From Vicugna vicugna (Eukaryota): 58,062 bases of DNA. Position numbers and translations under genes: made by a program. Positions 49,035-58,062 of the stretch are shown here, piece after piece; position 1 is the stretch's first letter; every line of letters starts with the position of its first letter. The notes beneath the pieces are model-generated. The model did not search any database. It was not told the origin of the DNA and saw only the letters and a list, made by a program, of their open reading frames with translations. The stretch spans positions 64,044 through 122,105 of the forward strand of contig MU058384.1 in the NCBI GenBank assembly GCA_013265495.1. The letters run 5' to 3'.

Positions 49035-51630
49035 GGGGTGGTGTCAGGAAGATGGCAGAATAGGAGATTTGAGCTCCCAAAATCTCACCAAAACACTAGT
49101 TTTGATAATCACTTACAGATGAGAATACCTTTGTGGGAGCCTAGGAGTCCAATGAGAGGTTCTAGCACCTTGGTGGAGCAAGAAATTCTGAGAAATGAGG
49201 ATGGTTCAGCATATGGAGATCAATAAATGTGATATAGTACATTAATAAATTAAAAGATAAATCCCACATGAACATCTGAATGAATTAGATATTCTAGGAA
49301 TATCTAGGAATGTACCTCAACACAATAAAGGCCATAAACAACAAGCCCACAATTAACATCATACCAAATGGTTAATGCTAAAAGCTTGTCTTCTAAGATT
49401 AGGAATAAGACAGGGATGCCCACTGTCACCTCTTTTATTCAGCATAGTACTGGAAGCCTTAACCGGAATAATTAGGTAAGAAAAATAAATAAAAGGCATG
49501 TAAATCAGAAAAGAAGAAGTAAAATTGTGTCTATTTCAGATGATATAGAAAATCCTGAACACTCCACTGAAAAACTGTTTACAACTAATCAACAAATTCT
49601 GTAAAGTTGCTGGAAACAAAATCAAGTACAAAAATCAGTTTTTCTACACACTAAAACTATCTGAAAAAGAAACTGAGAAAACAATTTCATTTGCAGTAGT
49701 ATCGAATAGAATTAAATACTTAGCAATATTTTAACCAAGTAGGTGAAAGATGTCTATTTAGAAAACTACAAGAGACTACTGAAAAAAAATTGAAGGAGTC
49801 ACAAATAAATGGAAAGATATTTGAGAATATTGTTAAAATGTTCATACAACCCAAATCAATGCACAGATTCAAAACAACCTCTATCAAAATGCCACTGGGA
49901 TTTTCTACAGAAATAGAAAGTATAATCCTAAAGTTCATATGGAACCACATAAGTCTCCAGATAGCCAAAGAAATCTTGAGCAAGAAGAAAAAAAGCTGAA
50001 GGCATCACACTTCCTGATTTCCAATTATATTACAAAACTATGGTTTTCGAAACAGTATGGTGTTAGCATAAAAACAGACATATAGAATAATGGACCATAA
50101 TAGGCCAGAAATAAACCCATGCATATATGGTTAACTAATCTTTAACAGGGCACCAAGAGTAATATGAGGAAAAGATAAACTTGTCCATAAATGGTGTTGG
50201 GAAAACTGGATATCCACTAGCCAAAGAATGAAACTAGACCTGTATTTTAGGTCTATTTGATACACAGAAATCAACTTGAAATGGAATAGACTTTAAAGTA
50301 AGACTTGAAGTCATAAGATTTCTAGAGTAAAACATAGAGGAAAGGCTAGTTGATGTTGGTTTGGGAAGAATATTTTGGATATGACATCAAAAGCACAGGC
50401 AACAAAAGCAAAAATTAACAAGTGTGATTACATCAAGTGAGCAGTCTTCTGCACAAGAAAAGAAACAATGAACAAAATGAAAGGCAACCTATGGAATGGG
50501 AAAAAATATTGGTAAACCACAAATCTGATAAGGAGTTATATCCAAAATACATACAAAACTAATACAACTCAGCAGCAGAACAAACAAGACAAACCCAATA
50601 ACCTGGTTAAAATAGGCAAAGGACCTGAATAGATATTTCTCCAAAGAAGACATATAAATGGAAAAAAGGTATATGAAAATGTGTCATCATCATTAATCAT
50701 CAGGGAAATTTAAATCAAAACCACAGTGAGATATCACCTCACACTGTTAGGATGACTATAATAAGAAAAAACCAACAAACAAAGGAACACAAATGTTAGC
50801 AAGGATATGGAGAAAAGGAAGCCCTGATACACTGCTGGTGGGAATGTAGACCAGCCCAGCTGTTATGGAAAACGTATGGAGTTTCCTCAAAAAATTAAAA
50901 ATAGAACTACCATATGATCCTGAAATCTCACTTCTAGGTATTTATTCAAAGGAATTGAAATCAGGATCTTGAAGAAATATTAGCTCTCCTACAGTCATTG
51001 CAGTACTAGTCACAATAGCCATGAAAACAACCTAAAGGTCCATTGACAAACAAATGGATAAAAAACATGTCATATATGCATACAAAGGAATAGTATTCAT
51101 CCTTAAGGAAGAAGGAAATACTTCCATTTGTGACAGTATGGATGGACATGGAGGACATTACGCTAAATGAAATAAACCAGACACAGAAAGACATGAGAAC
51201 AGTGCGTTCTCATTTTTATGTGGAATCTAAAATAGTTAAACTCATGGAAGGGAATAGAATGGTGGTTACCAGGGGCTGGGGGAAGGGAAAAAGGGAGAAG
51301 TGATGGTCAAAGAGTACAAGATATGCAAATTAAACAAGGTCTGGAGATCTACTGCAAAGTGTAGTGCCTGTAGCTAACAATACTCTATCTTATAATTAAA
51401 ATTTACTAAGAAGGTAAATCTTAGGTTGAGTTTTCTTATCACACAAATAATGATAAAAATACTAATGGGAGTTGGAAGAAACTTCAGGATGTTGTGCATA
51501 TGTCTGTAGCCTTCATGATGGTGATGGTTTCATGGATATTTACTTACCCCAAACGCATCAAGTTTTATATATTATATATGTATAGCTTTTTACATGTCAA
51601 TCATACCTCAATAAGGTTGTTTTAAAATAA
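49035..51630 (+). mobile_element. L1MA-type element: short 5'UTR joined directly to the 3' two-thirds of ORF2 and the 3'UTR
   Basis: GTCAGGAAGATGGCAGAATAGGAG start; from about 49195 degraded ORF2 (GGATGGTTCAGCAT..., ACAGGGATGCCCACTGTCACC, ILKFIWNH..IAKEILSKK); 3'UTR ends TCAATCATACCTCAATAAGG. Confidence 0.88.
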
Positions 51631-51919
51631 ATGAATATATGTAAACAAATGAAAAACCAACAACATACTCTATTCATTGTGAGTGTGGAATAGCTGTATA
51701 TCACCTTCTTGTTTGTCATGGAAACAACAAGTTTATTGGAGTTAGGAGGATATCTTCATATCTGACATATTTCTTATTTTTATTTTCATATTTCTTAATA
51801 CAAAAAGAGATATTCATTCTTTCTCAAAGACTAGTTGATGGAATGAAATGAGATAATCTATCTAAAGAATCTAGCAGAATGTGAGAGGAAATATAGTGCC
51901 TTTCCATAGGTTTTCTGGC

Positions 51920-52285
51920 TTCTGTTGATAGTACCTGTGTGTTCACCTGGGAAACTCCTTTTTCCCTGTTGCTCACAACTTTAATTGCATTATCATGCAG
52001 AGTTCTAGTTCCTGATTAACTAAGCCAAGGGTACTTGCTTGCCTGATGAGTTTGAATCTTGAGCCAAACAATTTGAGGAGAAGCTTGTTAATTTTAAAAT
52101 CAGTACTCTGAAGATACTTTCCATTCATTGCTGTTTCTTAGATTCTCATCCCTATCATTTTGCAATCTTAGCTCATCAAAATTTTCTTCTTTGAGCTGTC
52201 CATATTCCTACAGTAAATCCTATTATTGCTCATGTTGGTTGAAGTTGGTCCATTTCTCTTACAATTAGATATTTCTAATGAATAT
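51920..52285 (+). mobile_element. Probable old ERVL LTR (LTR16-like)
   Basis: GAGTTTGAATCTTGAGC and terminal CCATATTCCTACAGTAAATCC...TTGCTCATGTTGGTTGAAGTTGG. Confidence 0.4.
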
Positions 52286-55200
52286 ATTTAGAATTAACAA
52301 TAATCTTTAATTATAGTAATTCATTTAACAAATACATGTTGAATATTTATGAATCGGGTGCTTTATGGTTTGCTGGAGATCCCACACTCAAGTTTTATAG
52401 TCTAGTATTTTTCATTCCCCTCTTTATATCCTTCTCTCCTTAATTTTCTGTGCCTTCACTTTCATACTCTCATTTTAATTACACACTTTCTGGAATTGTT
52501 TAACTATCTGAAAACCAGAATCCACAGAGGATGGTCAACTGGATTTTCCTTCTTTAGACCACACACACTGCTACTTACGTTTTCACAACTATGCTTCCAC
52601 TTCTCTCTGTGTTATTCTCTGAAATTCATCTACAGAGGTAAAATCCTTGTATTACAAATGTTAGCAGGCTAAAACTGTAAGCTTAAGTGTGTTGAATGGA
52701 TGAATGGTGGAATGAAATATACAGGGACTAGAATTTTCACAGCATCAGTGACCTTTTAGAATAGATTATATAGACTGTAAATAAAATCAGACATGTGAAA
52801 TGTTTCTTGCTCTTGAATTTAAGCTCCTTTGAACTTTGCGTGGTGTTTTATTTTATGTTTTTTTAAAAACTCTCCCTTCTGTCACCTAGTTGGAATTGTG
52901 GGTCTGGCTGGAGGAGTACCCAGTGCAAGTCCTTGTTGTTTCTGGAGGGAGGTTTAGAGGGAAGGAAGCAAGAATTTGTGTCTCAGACAAGCTTTGCTCC
53001 CAAGGAGTCAATTACTTCTTATTTTCTCTGTCTTCATTAGCTTGTCCCTCTAGTGTACTAGCGTCCTAATTCCTCTAGTATTTTCTAGTACTCACGGTGG
53101 TGAGACTGAAAATACGAAGCCCAGGATATCAATGTGTGTTGTTTGGCTTGACTCTAACTCAGGCCTAAAGTTAAAAAAGGGCCTAGTGCTATCCTGAAGG
53201 CTCCACATGGCCAATCTACTTCTTAAAGGTGGGAGACTTCAGAGAAGTGTACTGAAGAGCATATCTGAAAAACAAATTTGCTACTAGTGACTTCTGTGCA
53301 AATATGTCTTGTCAAATGAGGATAAATCATGGTCATAACTATCTCCTAATTTTCAAACTAAGTAGTCTTGATAGAGTTTAACATCTTGACAGTCTAGTCA
53401 TCAGATACCAGGTCTCACATTAAAGGGAGAAAAGTATTCATTTCCTACCTAATTCTGTAGTAGGATTCCATCCTCCTCCCTGATAATCATAATGTCAAGA
53501 TATTTCTGGGTGGAAAAAGAACTCTTTTTGAAATGTATACCACACGGAAATGTAAGTTCATGTATCTGTTAGCATATGCAAAGCAAGAGAAAGGTAAAAA
53601 TAGTGTTTAATAGATAAAAATTAATTATACAGAGAAGATATGTTTTACAAGACTTGTATCTCTAAACTCAAGATATATTTTGAAGCAGTAGGAAAAATTA
53701 CTAGAGAAAAAGGAGAAAGAGAAGTATCTCCTTTCTGCTTTTACTACACTGTCTTTATAGGCCTCAGAAGATTTTTCATTATTTGCTGTCACTATAAACT
53801 TGTATGTTTCTTTCTCTATGGAATTAGACTGTATTTTTACGATTTTCAAAATAATGCCATTCCAAGGGAGAGAAATATTTCTTTCACTTTTCTCTCACTT
53901 GACAAGGCTTTAATATACTTCCTGCAAAATAATCTCTGGAGAGTTAAAAATAGCATTTAAACATCACTTCTCCTTTCAGCCTGTACTGGTGAGATGCATT
54001 CAAAATATGATTCCCAAAATGTGCAGGGGGTGAAATGGAAGTGCTTTTATTATTTTTGCCATGACTGATGGGATTTTAAAGTTTAATTTTTGCTTTCTGA
54101 ATTTATCTATTATTTGGCATACATTATAAGAAGACATTGTCTGATCCATTATTTTCTATTTGTAAGTCTCCTACATTTAGTAAATAAAATGAGAAAGACT
54201 TTGATTCTATTGTCTCGTAATTTTTATAGACTATAAAAGTGTGCTTAATCATTTTTATAAGTGAACTTATAAAGCCAGATATATTTTATTAAATGTTTAT
54301 TGAAGAGCATTGTGCCAGAGAGGCTTGTTTAATGAGCAAAGGATTTAAACAGAGAAGAATCTACTCTTCTATATTTTAAGTGTTATTTATTACTCAGTTC
54401 TGACAATAGAAAAGACATGGTTTTTGCCCAGTGAAATGAAAGGTAGTATCAGTTTTAATACCTTTAGCATCTTTCAAACAACCACTAGAAATAGAACAGA
54501 AATTGCCTGTTTTTCCAAATCAAGAGCTGTATAGTATACAGTGATTTACAGAGGTGTCTTTTTGAGGATTCATTAGTGTAACGTTTGACAAGAAACAGCA
54601 ACATATTGCAAAGGAATTCAGAAGAATTCTGGGATTCTCAACATGGTTTCTCCTCCCCCTCCTCTTCTTTCTTCTTCTCTTTAGAATCTATAATTTATTT
54701 TCCTTCATATTTTCCAATTTATCATTTCTGTCATTACCATCATCATCATCATTCTACTGAGGCATTAACCCACATAGGAAAAATGTAAGAGAGTGATTAA
54801 TAATTAATTTATGTAATCTACTAAATTAAATATAAATTTATGTAACAACTTTATAACAGGAATATCAAGGTGGGAAAATGCTTTTGTTTCCCACAAATAA
54901 TAATGAAAAACCATGTTACATTAGGACTAAAGGGAATTTTGTTTTAGCAGCTCTCCTGACCAGGTCACCTTTTCTCTTAGGACGTCTGTTTATCTTCACT
55001 AAAACTAATTTTCCCTTTGTAAGAGTACAGTATGGATTGCAGCCCCCTCATCATGGAGGATTTTTCTTCTCACTTGCTCTGTTGTATGGGCCAGTTGTTG
55101 GAGGGTGAAAGAAGGAAGCATTATACTTTATATTTATGTAGAACCTTATTCTTTTTCCATTAAGATTACCTATTGTTTTCTTTTACCAGCTGCCAAGTCC

Positions 55201-55479
55201 CACATAATTTTTGCTATTGTCTCACTGTTTTCATCATCCTACCCAAACCTTGGGATACTCTTAAAATCCTATAAATCATTCTTTAATTCATTTTAAAAAT
55301 ATATTATTTTGAACCTTTGGTTTATTGCTCAAGTATTGCCTTTTCACCAGTCCTGTCTGACCACCGTATTGAAAATTGCCACCTTCCTTCCTCATTTTCT
55401 GTTCCAAGTCCCCTTTATTCTGATTTGATAATCATAATACATACTTCTTTTCAGCATAACGTATAAAGTACATATTTAA

Positions 55480-55570
55480 CACTTATCATGCTTACCTCTT
55501 GCTGGGTACTATTCTCAGTTCCTTATAAACATTAGCTCATTTAATTTTCATATCAAATTTATGAAGTAGG
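55480..55570 (-). mobile_element. MIR fragment (target site of the young L1)
   Basis: TGCTGGGTACTATTCTCAG...CATTAGCTCATTTAATTTTCATATCAAATTTATGAAGTAGG. Confidence 0.6.
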
Positions 55571-58062
55571 TTTTTTTTAACATTTTTTATTGATTTATAA
55601 TCATTTTACAATGTTGTGTCAAATTCCAGTGTTCAGCACAATTTTTCAGTCATTCATGGACGTATACACACTCATTGTCACATTTTTTTCTCTGTGATTT
55701 ATCATAACATTTTGTGTCTATTTCCCTGTGCTATACAGTGTAATCTTGTTTATCTATTCTACAATTTTGAAATCCCAGTCTATCCCTTCCCACTCTCTAC
55801 CCCCCTGGTAACCACAAGTCTGTATTCTCTGTCCATGAGTCTTTAGATTCCACATATGAGCGATCTCATATGGTATTTTTCTTTCTCTTTCTGGCTTACT
55901 TCACTTAGAATGACATTCTCTAGGAGCATCCATGTTGCTGCAAATGGCATTATGCTGTCAGTTTTTATGGCTGAGTAGTATTCCATTGTATAAATATACC
56001 ACCTCTTCTTTATCCAGTCACCTGTTGATGGACATTTAGGCTGTTTCCATGTTTTGGCTATTGTAAATAGTGCTGCTATGAACATTGGAGTGCAGGTGTC
56101 ATCCTGAAGTAGATTTCCTTCTGGATACAAGCCCAGGAGTGGGATTCCTGGGTCATATGGTAAGTCTATTCCTAGTCTTTTGAGGAATCTCCACACTGTT
56201 TTCCATAGTGGCTGCACCAAACTGCATTCCCACCAGCAGTGTAGGAGGGTTCCCCTTTCTCCACAGCCTCTCCAGCATTTGTCATTTTTGGATTTTTGAA
56301 TGACGGCCATTCTGACTGGTGTGAGGTGATACCTCATTGTAGTTTTGATTTGCATTTCTCTGATAATTAGTGATATTGAGCATTTTTTCATGTGCTTTTT
56401 GATCATTTGTATGTCTTCCTTGGAGAATTGCTTGTTTAGGTCTTCTGCCCATTTTTGGATTGGGTTGTTTATTTTTTTCTTATTGAGTCGTATGAGCTGC
56501 TTATATATTTTGGAGATCAAGCCTTTGTCGGTTTCACTTGCAAAAATTTTCTCCCATTCCGTAGGTTTTCTTCTTGTTTTATTTCTGGTTTCCTTTGCTC
56601 TGCAGAAGCTTGTAAGTTTCATTAGGTCCCATTTGTTTATTCTTGCTTTTATTTCTTCTAGGAGAAAATTTTTGAAATGTATGTCAGATAATGTTTTGCC
56701 TATGTTTTCCTCTAGGAGGTTTATTGTATCTTGTCTTATGTTTAAGTCTTTAATCCATTTTGAGTTGATTTTTGTATATGGTGTAAGGGTGTGTTCTAGC
56801 TTCATTGTTTTACATGCTGCTGTCCAGTTTTCCCAACACCATTTGCTGAAGAGACTGTCTTTATTCCATTGTATATTCTTGCCTCCTTTGTCGAAGATGA
56901 GTTGACCAAAAGTTTGTGGGTTCATTTCTGGGCTCTCTATTCTGTTCCATTGGTCTATATGTCTGTTTTGGTACCAATACCATGCTGTCTTGATGACTGT
57001 AGCTCTATAGTATTGTCTGAAGTCTGGGAGAGTTATTCCTCCAGCCTCTTTCTTTCTCTTCAGTAATGCTTTAGCAATTCTAGGTCTTTGATGGTTCCAT
57101 ATAAATTTTATTATGATTTGTTCTAGTTCTGTGAAATATGTCCTGGGTAATTGGATAGGGATTGCATTAAATCTGTAGATTGCCTTGGGCAGTGTGACCA
57201 TTTTAACAATATTGATTCTTCCAATCCAAGAGCATGGAATATCTTTCCATTTTTTAAAGTCTTCTTTAATTTCCTTCATCAATGGTTTATAGTTTTCTGT
57301 GTATAATTCTTTCACCTCCTTGGTTAGATTTATTCCCAGATATTTTATTACTTTGGGTGCTATTTTAAAGGGGATTGTTGATTTACTTTCTTTTTCTGTT
57401 GATTTATCGTTAGTGTAAAGAAAGGCAACTGATTTTTGAACATTAATTTTGTAACCTGCTACCTTGCTGAATTCTTCGATCAGCTCTAGTAGCTTTTTTG
57501 TGGACCTTTTAGGGTTTTCTATATATAGTAACATGTCGTCAGCATATAATGACACTTTTACCTCTTCTTTTCCAATTTGGATCCCTTTTATTTCTTTCTC
57601 TTGCCTGACTGCTGTGGCTAGGACTTCCAGGACTATGTTGAATAGGAGTGGTGATAGTGGGCATCCTTGTCTTGTCCCAGATTTTAGTGTGAAGCTTTTG
57701 AGTTTTTCACCATTGAGAACTATGCTGGCTGTAGGTTTGTCATATATAGCTTTTATTATGTTGAGATATGTTCCCTCTATACCCACTTTGGTGAGAGTTT
57801 TTATCATAAATGGGTGTTGAATTTTATCAAATGCTTTTTCTGCATCGATTGAGATGATCATGTGGTTTTTGTCCTTTCTCTTGTTGATGTGATGTATTAC
57901 ATTGATTGATTTGCGTATGTTGAACCAGCCTTGTGTCCCTGGGATGAACCACACTTGGTCATGATGAATAATCTTTTTTATGTGTTGCTGAATTCTATTT
58001 GCTAAAGTTTTGGTGAGGATTTTGGCGTCTATGTTCATCAGTGATATTGGCCTATAATTCTC
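55571..58062 (-). mobile_element. Young camelid L1, 3' part; extends beyond the window
   Basis: Poly(A) remnant (T8 at 55571-55578), AATAAA complement at 55586-55591, 3'UTR, uninterrupted ORF2. Confidence 0.97.
55843..58062 (-). CDS. L1 ORF2p (reverse transcriptase and C-terminal CCHC domain), 5'-partial at the window edge
   Basis: Frame is open to the edge ([14 protein letters not shown]...); RT motifs [27 protein letters not shown]; zinc knuckle [18 protein letters not shown]; ends SLICGI*. Confidence 0.95.
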   Translation of the reverse strand, partial: ENYRPISLMNIDAKILTKTLANRIQQHIKKIIHHDQVWFIPGTQGWFNIRKSINVIHHINKRKDKNHMIISIDAEKAFDKIQHPFMIKTLTKVGIEGTYLNIIKAIYDKPTASIVLNGEKLKSFTLKSGTRQGCPLSPLLFNIVLEVLATAVRQEKEIKGIQIGKEEVKVSLYADDMLLYIENPKRSTKKLLELIEEFSKVAGYKINVQKSVAFLYTNDKSTEKESKSTIPFKIAPKVIKYLGINLTKEVKELYTENYKPLMKEIKEDFKKWKDIPCSWIGRINIVKMVTLPKAIYRFNAIPIQLPRTYFTELEQIIIKFIWNHQRPRIAKALLKRKKEAGGITLPDFRQYYRATVIKTAWYWYQNRHIDQWNRIESPEMNPQTFGQLIFDKGGKNIQWNKDSLFSKWCWENWTAACKTMKLEHTLTPYTKINSKWIKDLNIRQDTINLLEENIGKTLSDIHFKNFLLEEIKARINKWDLMKLTSFCRAKETRNKTRRKPTEWEKIFASETDKGLISKIYKQLIRLNKKKINNPIQKWAEDLNKQFSKEDIQMIKKHMKKCSISLIIREMQIKTTMRYHLTPVRMAVIQKSKNDKCWRGCGERGTLLHCWWECSLVQPLWKTVWRFLKRLGIDLPYDPGIPLLGLYPEGNLLQDDTCTPMFIAALFTIAKTWKQPKCPSTGDWIKKRWYIYTMEYYSAIKTDSIMPFAATWMLLENVILSEVSQKEKEKYHMRSLICGI

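Noticed and set aside
56345..57820. Plus-strand hydrophobic ORFs (186, 65 and 118 aa)
   Set aside because: Antisense shadow frames of L1 ORF2
1..58062. Prokaryote-style novel system (operon, CRISPR, defence island)
   Set aside because: Sequence is mammalian, repeat-dominated and non-coding; nothing supports such a system

Overview
AT-rich mammalian genomic DNA, almost certainly camelid (camel/alpaca/llama), judged from two tRNA-derived SINEs matching the camelid Vic-1 family and artiodactyl-type L1 3' ends. Most of the window is interspersed repeat: L1 of many ages, L2, MIR, ERV1/ERVL/MaLR LTRs and microsatellites. There is a 36-N assembly gap at 15579-15614. The only convincing long reading frame is ORF2 of a young L1 on the minus strand, which runs off the right edge. 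The main host feature is a CpG island promoter at about 28.2-29.2 kb with splice donors on both strands; I cannot name its gene. Other notable items: a 5'-truncated HSPA8 3'-UTR retrocopy, a candidate L1 3' transduction, an internally deleted L1, an ERV1 solo LTR with exact TSD, and a candidate old DNA transposon inside a MIR. I found no convincing new biological system. Repeat family names come from recall of consensus sequences and need RepeatMasker/Dfam confirmation.
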